From: a virus
Length of the DNA stretch: 64,000 nt
Strand: one strand, 5' to 3'
IMG/VR virus record: IMGVR_UViG_3300021961_000023
Shown here: positions 1 to 8,920 of the stretch, one piece after another
How the letters are laid out: every line of letters starts with the position of its first letter
Numbering within the stretch: position 1 is the first letter of the stretch
Notes under the pieces: model-generated
Databases searched by the model: none
Told to the model about the DNA's origin: nothing
Seen by the model: the letters and a program-made list of their open reading frames with translations, nothing else
Position numbers and translations under genes: made by a program

Positions 1-26
1 AACTGAATGTTGTTAAGTGGTGCTGG

Positions 27-389
27 ATGCTGACTGATGCTCTTCGTCAGAATTATATTGATCAAGCTATTCGTGGCCACAAACGTTATGTTGATCGTGG
101 CGAAAATGCTCACTATCATCAGGCATGTATTACTGATCTTTCTAGTGGTCGTTGCCCGATTGATTATCAAATTGAATCTGGCAAGAAGTATCACAAACTC
201 ATCATGGTTGATGGTGGTGGTTCCCGCTCTGTTCATGCTTTTGTGGATAAAAAGACTGGTGAAGTCTATAAATCTGCCAGTTGGAAAGCACCAGCGAAAG
301 GTGTTCGTTATGATCTGCGACTGATCAAAGATCGTGAATGGTTGCTTGAGAATGTAGACTGGAGTGGTGGTTATTTGTACGCTCGCTAA
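27..389 (+). CDS. Conserved phage hypothetical protein; frame is open to the window edge, so probably 5'-truncated
   Basis: SVHAFVDKKTGEVYKSASWKAPAKGVRY motif typical of a widespread myophage family. Confidence 0.75.
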   Translation: MLTDALRQNYIDQAIRGHKRYVDRGENAHYHQACITDLSSGRCPIDYQIESGKKYHKLIMVDGGGSRSVHAFVDKKTGEVYKSASWKAPAKGVRYDLRLIKDREWLLENVDWSGGYLYAR

Positions 390-423
390 GGTATCCTAAC
401 CTAAACTATATTTGAACCACCTT

Positions 424-449
424 AGAGACGCTCTCAGCAGCGTCTCTTG
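424..449 (+). terminator. Probable intrinsic terminator hairpin
   Basis: AGAGACGCT-ctcagc-AGCGTCTCT followed by a short T run. Confidence 0.55.
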
Positions 450-475
450 TGGTTTCAGTTAATATGTGCTATAGT
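447..475 (+). promoter_or_regulatory. sigma70-type promoter of the methyltransferase
   Basis: TTGTGG-N17-TATAGT with extended TG. Confidence 0.6.
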
Positions 476-495
476 ATCATGAGTGGATTTTACCT

Positions 496-1356
496 ATGAA
501 ACCTTTATTCATTTGGGCAGGTGGTAAAAATAAAATGTTGAAGCACTATCTGCCTCTGATGCCCACAGAGGTTAATAGTTATTGCGAACCATTCTTTGGT
601 GGTGGAGCAATGTTTATCCATGTTGTAAAAACTTATAACCCATCACGATTGGTAATCAATGACATCAATGATGATGTTATGAACATCTATCGTTCGATTG
701 CATATGATTATGAAGTTTTCAAAGATAGACTGAATAATCTTGAGGAAAAGTATATTCCTTTGGACAAAGCAGGTCGTAAAGCATTCTACTTTGAAGTGCG
801 ACATGAACATGCATATGATTATGAACAGTGGTCAAAACCAGTAGAAGCAGCAACTCTATACTTCTTGATGAAGACTGGTTTTAACGGTATCTATCAGTTG
901 AATAAAAATACCAATGGACGTTATGGAACTCCATCTGGATTATTAAATCAAAAGGATACTGTATATGATCGGGATGTGCTAGATTGGTGGCATCTTGTTC
1001 TACAAAAAACAGAGATTCTTTCTGGCGATTACAATAATGCAGTTCAGGATGTAAAATCTACTTTCCACTTTTTTGATCCTCCATATCGTGATAGTTTTGC
1101 AGATTATGGCAATGGATTCAGTGATGAGGATCTTCTGCACCTGATTGCAATTTCTGATCTGCGTAGGAATGTATTTCTATGTAATCGTGATAGTGGAGAT
1201 GGTTGGTTTGATGATCATAAGATGAGTCTCAATATTGCTAGATTCCCTGTAACTTATACTGCAGGACGACGTAAGAAAACTGATACAGGATTTGTGGCAA
1301 AACCTGCCACTGAAGTTTTGCTTTATCGTACAGTTCAAAATAATCTTTTTGAGTGA
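496..1356 (+). CDS. DNA adenine (N6) methyltransferase, Dam/D12 family; specificity probably not GATC
   Basis: WAGGK, EPFFGGGA (SAM binding), INDIN, DPPY catalytic motif, terminal EVL. Confidence 0.92.
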   Translation: MKPLFIWAGGKNKMLKHYLPLMPTEVNSYCEPFFGGGAMFIHVVKTYNPSRLVINDINDDVMNIYRSIAYDYEVFKDRLNNLEEKYIPLDKAGRKAFYFEVRHEHAYDYEQWSKPVEAATLYFLMKTGFNGIYQLNKNTNGRYGTPSGLLNQKDTVYDRDVLDWWHLVLQKTEILSGDYNNAVQDVKSTFHFFDPPYRDSFADYGNGFSDEDLLHLIAISDLRRNVFLCNRDSGDGWFDDHKMSLNIARFPVTYTAGRRKKTDTGFVAKPATEVLLYRTVQNNLFE

Positions 1357-1357
1357 T

Positions 1358-1783
1358 ATGTTTATTCCAGAATCTGAATATCAAAACATACTGAAGGTAA
1401 TGCCAGTCTTTTGTGTGGACTTTTTGATTAAATGTGATAATAAGTATCTGCTTATCAAAAGAACTCAAGAACCAGTGAAAGATGTTTATTGGGTGATTGG
1501 TGGAAGAATGAGATTTAAAGAAACTGTCAAAGACTTGGCATCAAGAGTTCAAACACGAGAGATTGGAAGATTTTTAGGAACAGGAAAAACGATAGGGTTT
1601 TCTAACTACCTCTTTCCAGATGTTCCTGATGCCAGAGCAACTCATACTCCAACTTTGCTACAACTTGTAGAAGTAAATCAGATGTTTGATCCTGTTCTTG
1701 ATGACACGAGTGCAGACTACATTTGGAGTGAAACTTTACCAGATGAACTTCTGAGACAAACTGAGTTTATTGTGCCAGTTTGA
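1358..1783 (+). CDS. NUDIX hydrolase (GDP-mannose mannosyl hydrolase-like)
   Basis: LLIKR..EP.K..YWVIGGRMRFKET......R....EIG modified Nudix box; ATG at 1358 directly follows the MTase stop. Confidence 0.8.
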   Translation: MFIPESEYQNILKVMPVFCVDFLIKCDNKYLLIKRTQEPVKDVYWVIGGRMRFKETVKDLASRVQTREIGRFLGTGKTIGFSNYLFPDVPDARATHTPTLLQLVEVNQMFDPVLDDTSADYIWSETLPDELLRQTEFIVPV

Positions 1784-1829
1784 AAAGTGGCACAGTGTTT
1801 TCCCACGGTACGGGAAAACTTGGTATTAT
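1771..1829 (+). promoter_or_regulatory. Early promoter cassette 1 (24-bp palindrome plus -10)
   Basis: TGTGCCAGT-TTGAAA-AGTGGCACA 1771-1794; TATTAT 1824-1829. Confidence 0.8.
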
Positions 1830-1854
1830 ACAAAGGTAATCAAGGGAATACCTG

Positions 1855-2046
1855 ATGGCACTCTCCTTTTCTTCCAGGGCACATCACATTGCTGCAGTGT
1901 ATGATGCTTGTGCTCTGATTCTTGATACCTACAAAGAATCTGATCTTTTCAAAGTTTATTCTGATGAAGGACTGGAAGATCACATCGATTTTGCTGCTAC
2001 GGCGCGTGAAATCATGGGTCTGATCGCTGAAGGTGACATCAAATGA
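1855..2046 (+). CDS. Hypothetical protein
   Basis: First ORF after promoter cassette 1. Confidence 0.65.
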   Translation: MALSFSSRAHHIAAVYDACALILDTYKESDLFKVYSDEGLEDHIDFAATAREIMGLIAEGDIK

Positions 2047-2201
2047 TTACTGACACTATTCAAGATAAACAGATTCGCCGTTCTATTCTGAAAGCAGTTG
2101 AATCTATGGATCTGCGTCTATTGCAACGTATTGCTTATGAAGTGCGTTGTGAAGAAATGGGGATTTACCCTGATGGTTGGAAACTTTACCCTGAAAACTG
2201 A
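2043..2201 (+). CDS. Hypothetical protein (52 aa)
   Basis: ATGA overlap with the upstream ORF; read manually. Confidence 0.6.
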   Translation: MITDTIQDKQIRRSILKAVESMDLRLLQRIAYEVRCEEMGIYPDGWKLYPEN

Positions 2202-2377
2202 TGAACGTAGTAACAATGGTTGAACTTGATACCTGTCAGATCAGGTATTTGATTGACTTGATGTGGAGTATGAATCCTTCTATGTCTTCCCAACTTGCTG
2301 TACGTCATGGTATTGATGATTCCACACTTGAAAGACAACTGCAGATTGCACTTGGATCAGCACTAGCAGAAATATGA
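2201..2377 (+). CDS. Hypothetical protein (58 aa)
   Basis: TGATG coupling; read manually. Confidence 0.55.
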   Translation: MNVVTMVELDTCQIRYLIDLMWSMNPSMSSQLAVRHGIDDSTLERQLQIALGSALAEI

Positions 2378-2511
2378 CTTTCTTTCTTTGGTGGTTGGGG
2401 TTAGCAACTCTTGCTCTTATCTTTAACTATTGTCTTCATGCTAATAATGATGACGACGACTGATAAACTTATCTTTATTTCTTCTTTCATCTGGTTTCTG
2501 CATTGGGGTCA

Positions 2512-2988
2512 ATGTCTTACATTTCGCATTCTGGATACGGTTATCGCAAGCGGGTCTGTGAGGATGTTACCTCTTGGTTTCTGAATAAGTTCTTTCCCCG
2601 TCACAAGATCACAGTGGATATTGTGCATCGTGGTTTGCGACGTGAAAATGTTTATGGGTATTGTGATGTTGTAGGTGACACTTATCGCCCGCGTCACTTT
2701 CTGATTGAACTGAATACCTACATGGATGATGAGTTGTATATAAAAACTCTTCTACATGAACTGACTCACATGAAACAGTGGGTGATTGGTTCGCTAAGAC
2801 AAAAGCGTGGAAAGATGTATTATGGTAAAGAATGTATGGAAGATGTGGATTATTGGCATCAGGCACACGAAGTAGAGGCACGAGAGCAAGAAGAAACACT
2901 ATATGTAGAGTATTTGTTTGATGAATTGAATGTGCCAGATCAAGAAGTGGCACATTACTTTCCCAATCGCTTGCTCCACACCCTATAA
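2512..2988 (+). CDS. Putative zincin-like metallopeptidase
   Basis: TLLHELTHMKQW (HExxH) and downstream HEVEA. Confidence 0.7.
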   Translation: MSYISHSGYGYRKRVCEDVTSWFLNKFFPRHKITVDIVHRGLRRENVYGYCDVVGDTYRPRHFLIELNTYMDDELYIKTLLHELTHMKQWVIGSLRQKRGKMYYGKECMEDVDYWHQAHEVEAREQEETLYVEYLFDELNVPDQEVAHYFPNRLLHTL

Positions 2989-2989
2989 T
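2931..2989 (+). promoter_or_regulatory. Early promoter cassette 2
   Basis: TGTGCCAGA-TCAAGA-AGTGGCACA; TATAAT 2984-2989. Confidence 0.8.
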
Positions 2990-3012
2990 AACAAGGTAAT
3001 CAAAAACAACTC

Positions 3013-3441
3013 ATGGCAACCCGCGCACGCATTGGTATTCAACTGAAGAACGGTTCTATCCTTTCTGTGTATCATCACTGGGACGGTTATCCTGAATGGT
3101 TGGGTCGTATTCTGAATACTCATTACAACACCCGTCAAAAAGTTGCTGAACTGATTGATGGTGGTGATATGAGTTCTTGCTGGACTGAAGACCGCTGGAA
3201 TAGTGAGACCAAAGCACAAGAATATGGTCCTCAGTATTATTCTCAACGTGGTGAGGATCTTCCTCCTCGTCTTGATGCTGACCTGTGTGAGTATCTTCTT
3301 CCCGATGGTGCAGAAGAGTATCATTATCTCTACACCGATCTTTATAGTGAACCTAAGTGGGTATGTTATAATATGCACCAGTTTGTTGACAGCAAACTCC
3401 CCGAAGTTGTTGAAATCCCCTCTGCTGCTCTCGCTGTTTGA
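3013..3441 (+). CDS. Conserved phage hypothetical protein
   Basis: MATRARIG...SVYHHWDGYP...G..L motif family. Confidence 0.75.
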   Translation: MATRARIGIQLKNGSILSVYHHWDGYPEWLGRILNTHYNTRQKVAELIDGGDMSSCWTEDRWNSETKAQEYGPQYYSQRGEDLPPRLDADLCEYLLPDGAEEYHYLYTDLYSEPKWVCYNMHQFVDSKLPEVVEIPSAALAV

Positions 3442-3444
3442 TCT

Positions 3445-3648
3445 ATGAAAACTACTATCGACATTCCAACTGCTATTGGTGTTATTGCTGGTGCTGTTGT
3501 TATTGTAACAGCAAGCATCCTATTTGAGGCATGGTTGCTTGGTCTTATTCTGTCGTGGTTCAATGTATCTTTGACCTTCTGGCAGAACCTTGCTATCATT
3601 ATTTTGGCAAACCTGATCTTTAAGAACTCTGGAGGTTCTTCTAAATGA
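3445..3648 (+). CDS. Small membrane protein
   Basis: Two hydrophobic segments. Confidence 0.65.
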   Translation: MKTTIDIPTAIGVIAGAVVIVTASILFEAWLLGLILSWFNVSLTFWQNLAIIILANLIFKNSGGSSK

Positions 3649-3767
3649 TTACTACTATTATGGCAGGATTTGCTTTTGGATATTGTGTGATGGACATTAT
3701 CCAAAACTATCGTGCCCGTCGCACTATGAATGAACTTCTTAAATCTACTCTGGAGAATGACAAATGA
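3645..3767 (+). CDS. Small hypothetical protein (40 aa)
   Basis: ATGA overlaps at both ends. Confidence 0.5.
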   Translation: MITTIMAGFAFGYCVMDIIQNYRARRTMNELLKSTLENDK

Positions 3768-4171
3768 AACAACAAAACGGATATTTTGACCCTGTTGCTA
3801 TTCTTTTTATTGGTGGTGTCTTTGTGATTGGTGGTCTCCTCTTTATTGGTGGTCCTCAATACAATGTGTGGCAACAATCTCTTGCTGGTAAAGCAGAACT
3901 ACAGAAAGCAGAATACACCCGACAGGTTGCAGTTCTGGAAGCACAAGCAAAGAAAGATTCGGCACAACAACTTGCTGATGCTGAAATCATCCGTGCTACT
4001 GGTGTTGCTAAAGCAAACCAAATCATCGGTGACTCCCTGAAAGATAACCGTGAGTATCTTCAGTATCTGTATATCACTGGCCTGGAAGAAGGCAGCAACA
4101 AAGGTAACGTGACCATTTACGTTCCCACTGAAGGTGGTATGCCAGTTCCTACTCTTCAGATGAATAGGTAA
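3764..4171 (+). CDS. Membrane-anchored SPFH/prohibitin-like coiled-coil protein
   Basis: N-terminal TM helix, AE/QA-rich coil, GVAKANQIIGDSL...YLQYLYI. Confidence 0.6.
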   Translation: MKQQNGYFDPVAILFIGGVFVIGGLLFIGGPQYNVWQQSLAGKAELQKAEYTRQVAVLEAQAKKDSAQQLADAEIIRATGVAKANQIIGDSLKDNREYLQYLYITGLEEGSNKGNVTIYVPTEGGMPVPTLQMNR

Positions 4172-4330
4172 CACTTTAGTAAAAACCTGATTTCTGGTTG
4201 TAGGGCAGGGTCCATTGGGCTCTGCCCTTAAAAATGCAAAAAATTTTGGTTTTTGCTCCAGTGGTGGACTGGGATCTCAGTGGGACTCAACGTTAGAATC
4301 CACTCTACACCAGACCTTCTGTGCATTTAA

Positions 4331-4389
4331 AAAACCAGTTGCCAAACTGGCACACTACCCACTTTCCACTGCCTGTCAAGACCTATAAT
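4331..4389 (+). promoter_or_regulatory. Early promoter cassette 3
   Basis: aaaaCCAGT-TGCCAA-ACTGGCACA; TATAAT 4384-4389; leader shared with cassette 2. Confidence 0.8.
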
Positions 4390-4413
4390 AACAAGGTAAT
4401 CGAAACCACGAAG

Positions 4414-4662
4414 ATGCCTGAGTTCTCTGGAGTTTTTCTGACCGTCCAAAATCATGGTTGCATTTACACTATTTGCACCGAAGGTGAACTGTTTTCTGCT
4501 CCCATCTACAAAGATGGTACTATGAACATGGAGGAGTTTGACCTTGTTGATTTTTACTCTGGTGATGAAGATGAAGTGGAGGAACTTGAAGGTATTCAAG
4601 CAGCACTGATTGATATGATGGTTCGCGTTGGTCTTTACTTCAAAAAACCCGTTGCAGCATGA
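4414..4662 (+). CDS. Hypothetical acidic protein
   Basis: ATG 4414 lies just after the promoter; the longer ORF-track start runs through the promoter. Confidence 0.65.
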   Translation: MPEFSGVFLTVQNHGCIYTICTEGELFSAPIYKDGTMNMEEFDLVDFYSGDEDEVEELEGIQAALIDMMVRVGLYFKKPVAA

Positions 4663-4811
4663 ACAGCAAAGCACTTGCATATGGTATACTGATTGCTGTT
4701 GGACTAATCGTATACAATGTATGGTTAGTCCAACGTGATCAAAAGTTGTTCAAAGCATATGATGCTTGCACACAGTTTACACATCACCCTGATTGCCCTT
4801 ACACAAAATGA
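4659..4811 (+). CDS. Small membrane protein (50 aa)
   Basis: ATGA coupling, N-terminal TM helix. Confidence 0.55.
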   Translation: MNSKALAYGILIAVGLIVYNVWLVQRDQKLFKAYDACTQFTHHPDCPYTK

Positions 4812-5080
4812 CCACAGTAAATGGACGACCAGTTATTGAACATGACTGGGAGGAAGAGTATCGAAAGCAGATGAAGTATCGTCTGTCAGAAGTTGTGAGT
4901 GAGTATCTTCAAGATGAAAAGATTTCTGTCCTTGGATTCTACAATGATCTGACTGATGAGATTAAAAGTTTGGTAGATTACCATAAAAAACACCAAGAAA
5001 AAGCAGAAGGTATGCTACACTTGGTAAATGGTACAAAACCTAACTCTGACTTTGACTGTATCACTGGCATTCCTTTTTAA
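4808..5080 (+). CDS. Hypothetical protein
   Basis: ATGA coupling. Confidence 0.65.
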   Translation: MTTVNGRPVIEHDWEEEYRKQMKYRLSEVVSEYLQDEKISVLGFYNDLTDEIKSLVDYHKKHQEKAEGMLHLVNGTKPNSDFDCITGIPF

Positions 5081-5081
5081 A

Positions 5082-5228
5082 ATGTACGAAGATTTTCAAA
5101 TGAATCACATGGACACTAAACTGAGCGGAATGAATCCTGATGAGTTCGTTGCATTTGTAGAAGAATGTGAGAAGGAGGCAGATCGTCTTGAAATCACAGT
5201 GGACTACTATATTGCAGAGTTCACTTAA
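5082..5228 (+). CDS. Small acidic hypothetical protein
   Basis: Ends LEITVDYYIAEF, a pattern typical of small cyanophage proteins. Confidence 0.6.
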   Translation: MYEDFQMNHMDTKLSGMNPDEFVAFVEECEKEADRLEITVDYYIAEFT

Positions 5229-5264
5229 TAATGCTATAATCTTTTTGTTAACTTACGGAGACTC

Positions 5265-5414
5265 ATGAAAAGAATCGTTGTTGATCTGACTGAAGAAGAG
5301 TTTGAATTTGTTGTAGATTCCCTTGAAACTCAGGGTAATCTCAATGATCTTTCCGATCTTGCAGATGACATCATTGATAAACTTTACGAAGGTTCAAAGG
5401 AACACTCTCTATGA
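5265..5414 (+). CDS. Small acidic hypothetical protein (49 aa)
   Basis: GGAG RBS and upstream TGcTATAAT. Confidence 0.6.
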   Translation: MKRIVVDLTEEEFEFVVDSLETQGNLNDLSDLADDIIDKLYEGSKEHSL

Positions 5415-5653
5415 AGTATGAACCCCAAGTCAACGATTATGTTATCTGGTCAGGTAGAGAACATGTTCAAGGTTGGGTATACTTCAAAGATAAAAACTAT
5501 GTAACCATAGAGACTCAGGTAATACCAAAACATCCTGAAAGTTACAAAGACTGTAAACTACATGAAAATCATAGAGTCTTAGTTCTTTGTTATAGAGAGC
5601 AATGGAATCACCTAAACTATGTCAGATCAAGGAGTACAAAGTATGAGTGCTGA
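5411..5653 (+). CDS. Conserved cyanophage hypothetical protein
   Basis: YEPQVNDYVIW...GWVYFK. Confidence 0.7.
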   Translation: MKYEPQVNDYVIWSGREHVQGWVYFKDKNYVTIETQVIPKHPESYKDCKLHENHRVLVLCYREQWNHLNYVRSRSTKYEC

Positions 5654-5897
5654 ATCAAACTATGAAAAACTCAAGGAGTACTTGACGATCAAGTATAACT
5701 ATCTGGCACAACTAGGTAGATTCAATCTTGGAGAACGGGAGGGTTTGGAATCAGAGTATCAATGGAGATTGATCAGCGATATTATGGAATATGTTGATAA
5801 GATTGATCAACTTGACTACTTGATTGATACAGTAAAAACAAAAAAGACATCTGATTTCACAGTTATTAACGGAAACCTAAACAATGACCAAGGTTAA
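5643..5897 (+). CDS. Hypothetical protein
   Basis: AGGAG RBS before ATG 5643. Confidence 0.6.
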   Translation: MSAESNYEKLKEYLTIKYNYLAQLGRFNLGEREGLESEYQWRLISDIMEYVDKIDQLDYLIDTVKTKKTSDFTVINGNLNNDQG

Positions 5898-6207
5898 AAC
5901 TCAGTCTAATCTGAGCAAGAATCTCAAAACTCTAACTGAAACTTCTCCTACAAAATCTAAAGTCAAACCTGAACCAAAAACTAAGGTTAAGACCAAAAAT
6001 ACTCCAGAAGAAATTAAAGCAGTTAGAAGTGCAGATAAAACTCTGTTTCCACATGTTACTTTTCCATATCGATTAGACGATAAGAAAGAAAATAAAGTCT
6101 GTTGGTTTTCATGTTATCACCATGCAGAAAAATATATTACACGCTACCGACTTTCATCTAAGGAATACAAATTATGGCACTGTCCCAATCTGTTGAAGAA
6201 TCCCTAA
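5884..6207 (+). CDS. Hypothetical basic protein
   Basis: FPYRL....KVCWF.C..HA.KYI.RY motif. Confidence 0.65.
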   Translation: MTKVKTQSNLSKNLKTLTETSPTKSKVKPEPKTKVKTKNTPEEIKAVRSADKTLFPHVTFPYRLDDKKENKVCWFSCYHHAEKYITRYRLSSKEYKLWHCPNLLKNP

Positions 6208-6398
6208 AAGAAGCAGAGGCATCTCTTCGCAATGCACTTGCGTATGCAGCACGTCAAGAACGTCCTGTTATATGCACAACGATTTCAAAAGTGATCCAAG
6301 AGATTGAAGCACTTCAAACATTTGATAGTTTGATGGACAAACTGGAGAATCGTAAACCTGGAAGCAGTGGTAACTTTGGTTCATTCTTTGGTGAGTAA
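6174..6398 (+). CDS. Conserved cyanophage hypothetical protein
   Basis: MALSQSVEESLKEAEASLRNALAYAARQERP. Confidence 0.7.
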   Translation: MALSQSVEESLKEAEASLRNALAYAARQERPVICTTISKVIQEIEALQTFDSLMDKLENRKPGSSGNFGSFFGE

Positions 6399-6496
6399 AG
6401 AACTGTTACAACACTCTAAAGACAAGATTAAGGATTACAACAACTCCCTTAAATACTGTTAGGATATGAACACAACACAAGTACGGGAGCATTTCT

Positions 6497-6661
6497 GTGA
6501 CACATTCATCAGGAAAAAAAGAAAAACTTACTGATGCCGAATGGAACGAAATGATTGCCTTAAAGAGAGCAATCAACCAGAGACCCCAATCAGTTCATCC
6601 TGATAAAATGGAAGAGTTTACTGAGTATTTGGTTCGTAGTTTAAGAGAAAAGGGTGGATGA
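6497..6661 (+). CDS. Hypothetical protein (54 aa, GTG start)
   Basis: GGGAG RBS; read manually. Confidence 0.55.
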   Translation: MTHSSGKKEKLTDAEWNEMIALKRAINQRPQSVHPDKMEEFTEYLVRSLREKGG

Positions 6662-6873
6662 CTAAACTTATTTCTAAATCTGATCCTCAATATTTTGAGG
6701 TTACATCGACTGAACTTTATGATCGTCATGATTACAAAGTAGTTCTCTCTAATCAGCAAAGTTTCACTTTTGATAACTATGCTGATTGTTTTGCTCTATG
6801 GATTAGAACTCCAGATGAGTTAAAAGGTTACGTTGAAGTATTAGATCGTAAGCAAAAGAAAGGATTCAAATGA
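6658..6873 (+). CDS. Hypothetical protein
   Basis: Coupled ORF ending KKGFK. Confidence 0.65.
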   Translation: MTKLISKSDPQYFEVTSTELYDRHDYKVVLSNQQSFTFDNYADCFALWIRTPDELKGYVEVLDRKQKKGFK

Positions 6874-7079
6874 ATATCAGACAACATCAAATAAAATCCA
6901 GTTGGTATTACATCTTTTGGGGTGCTATGGCAGTTGCTGTGGTTGGCGGACAAATCTATGTTGGCACAGGATACCGTGAGATGGCAAAGGCATCGCGTGA
7001 CACTGCAATAACTGTCACATGCATACCAGAATATCACTCCACACCTGTTAAACTGAACAGGTCTGGAGAATTTGAATGA
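6870..7079 (+). CDS. Small membrane protein
   Basis: TM helix; coupled. Confidence 0.65.
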   Translation: MNIRQHQIKSSWYYIFWGAMAVAVVGGQIYVGTGYREMAKASRDTAITVTCIPEYHSTPVKLNRSGEFE

Positions 7080-7357
7080 CCCTTGATTTTCCTCATACAG
7101 CACCAGAAGGTTATCGCTATGAAACTGAACCCTTTAAACGTAATGTTGATGCAATCTGGATTCATCATTGTCGCAGGTTTGATTACAATCTTGGTAGCGA
7201 CGTTCGTTGTATCTGGGGATTCTACAACAACAAAACAAAAGAATACTTCGCACCCATTAATAGTAAGACCGTTGGTAAGCGCGTAGATATCAAAGAAACT
7301 ACACCTTATTCTGCAATGCAGATTAAAATGACTCCACTTGAACGAGCATTCATATGA
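7076..7357 (+). CDS. Conserved cyanophage hypothetical protein
   Basis: FPHTAPEGY...IWGFY....TTPYSAM. Confidence 0.7.
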   Translation: MTLDFPHTAPEGYRYETEPFKRNVDAIWIHHCRRFDYNLGSDVRCIWGFYNNKTKEYFAPINSKTVGKRVDIKETTPYSAMQIKMTPLERAFI

Positions 7358-7644
7358 AACTGATTAAGTTTAATCATCGAGAAGACTTTGGACATGAGTG
7401 GTATGTTCAACTTCTTAATATCAAAGGGTGGTCACTCTTTCAAGGATCTGTAACTTGGAATGATTACCCATCTTGGCCTTATCTTCAAATCAAATCAGGA
7501 ACTGGTAGCACACTGAGCATACTCTTTTGGGCATATAAGTTTGGATTTGATTTAGACATTCTTTCCCGTACTTGGCACTGGGATTGGTTAGACAAAGCAA
7601 ATGAGGAAAGTGAAGATGTACAGCACTCTGGTCCGTGGGACTGA
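7354..7644 (+). CDS. Hypothetical aromatic-rich protein
   Basis: Coupled ORF. Confidence 0.65.
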   Translation: MKLIKFNHREDFGHEWYVQLLNIKGWSLFQGSVTWNDYPSWPYLQIKSGTGSTLSILFWAYKFGFDLDILSRTWHWDWLDKANEESEDVQHSGPWD

Positions 7645-8011
7645 TAAAAAAGGAGTTAAACTAAACTGGTGGGAATATTGGATTGGTCATTGTTGGATGA
7701 CTGGGTGGCAGAGCATTGCGATGACTTTTCGCATTTGGTCTGATTTAATGTGTTCTAACTACGATGGTTATGCTCTACTTAAAGGAGATGATCCAGAAGG
7801 TGAATGTATAGAATGGTTCTGGGCATCACTAAATGAAGATGATGTTTATCCTAAAGAGTTTCTTGAGGAACTCATGCAAATGGCAGATGATGTGGAGACT
7901 GGTAAAGTAAAGACATATCCATTACCTGAAGACTTCTTTGATAAAATGAAAGATCTTGTGGGTGATATTGAAGTAAACTTAAATGAGCAGTTACCTGATG
8001 AAACTACCTGA
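7601..8011 (+). CDS. Hypothetical Trp-rich protein (start may be 7616)
   Basis: ORF track, operon continuity. Confidence 0.65.
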   Translation: MRKVKMYSTLVRGTDKKGVKLNWWEYWIGHCWMTGWQSIAMTFRIWSDLMCSNYDGYALLKGDDPEGECIEWFWASLNEDDVYPKEFLEELMQMADDVETGKVKTYPLPEDFFDKMKDLVGDIEVNLNEQLPDETT

Positions 8012-8048
8012 CGATAATCAACTGAATATTATGTGGAGTGTGGCAACG

Positions 8049-8108
8049 TCGTCCAGTATTGAAAGTGGCACACGCCCCCACCTAATCTTTGCCAGGTTGC
8101 TGTATAGT
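8049..8108 (+). promoter_or_regulatory. Early promoter cassette 4
   Basis: tcGTCCAGT-ATTGAA-AGTGGCACA; TATAGT 8103-8108. Confidence 0.7.
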
Positions 8109-8145
8109 ACTCTTACAAACGAAAAACCACGGGTAGGACTTGCAA

Positions 8146-8544
8146 ATGACGTACAAAGCATCTCTTAAAGTTCAGTTTGATACTGAATGGACTTCCACTC
8201 ATTATAGCAGTGGTTTTGATGATTCAATGCTCCCCGAAGAGCATTATACTTTTCAGGTTCCTGCCGAAGACCTTAACACTTATCAACTGTTTCGTTTTTT
8301 CGCAACTGTTGCCCGTGCAATGGGACACGATGACATCAACATTATGAAAGGTGCTTGTGGTCTTGCATTTGGTGAAGAGAGGAAACCAGAAGATATGCGT
8401 AAAGTTGCCGAAGAGTTTGAACTGACTCTTGCAGAAGATTTGCAAGATAAGTTCAAAGATTGGAAAGAAGCAGAAGCAGAATGGGAGCGTCTTAAAAAGG
8501 GTCCTATGGGAACTGTTCTGGCTGATGATGTTGAAGCAGAATGA
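8146..8544 (+). CDS. Hypothetical protein
   Basis: AGGA RBS; first gene after cassette 4. Confidence 0.65.
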   Translation: MTYKASLKVQFDTEWTSTHYSSGFDDSMLPEEHYTFQVPAEDLNTYQLFRFFATVARAMGHDDINIMKGACGLAFGEERKPEDMRKVAEEFELTLAEDLQDKFKDWKEAEAEWERLKKGPMGTVLADDVEAE

Positions 8545-8717
8545 ACTACCTTTGTTTGGTTGATGGTCTACTTGAATACATGAGCACTAGTCCATCACAC
8601 TTCGCACACTATCAGTTAGTGTATGCTGAAGAGCACCGTGATGCTAACGTTCAGTATCTTACTCTGACTGATGAAGAGTATGATGAAATGTTCCCTTGTG
8701 AGGAGGATGAGGAATGA
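8541..8717 (+). CDS. Small acidic hypothetical protein (58 aa)
   Basis: ATGA coupling at both ends. Confidence 0.55.
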   Translation: MNYLCLVDGLLEYMSTSPSHFAHYQLVYAEEHRDANVQYLTLTDEEYDEMFPCEEDEE

Positions 8718-8920
8718 GTCTGATTGATACGCTAGAATACTTCATCGATGACCAACGTGGTCGTCTGCAGGATATTGAATGGGAGATCCGCGAAGAAACA
8801 AACTACGATAACGAAGGGCATGATGAACGTATGGCAGACTTCTGTGAGCAATATGATGAACATGTAGAACGTTTAGAAGATCTCAAACAAATCAAATCTA
8901 TCATCGAGGCACAACTATGA
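8714..8920 (+). CDS. Highly acidic helical protein
   Basis: Strong RBS, D/E-rich. Confidence 0.65.
   Translation: MSLIDTLEYFIDDQRGRLQDIEWEIREETNYDNEGHDERMADFCEQYDEHVERLEDLKQIKSIIEAQL

Noticed and set aside
496-1356. Calling the methyltransferase dam (GATC)
   Set aside because: The fold fits but the GATC-reading residues appear substituted, so no gene symbol was assigned
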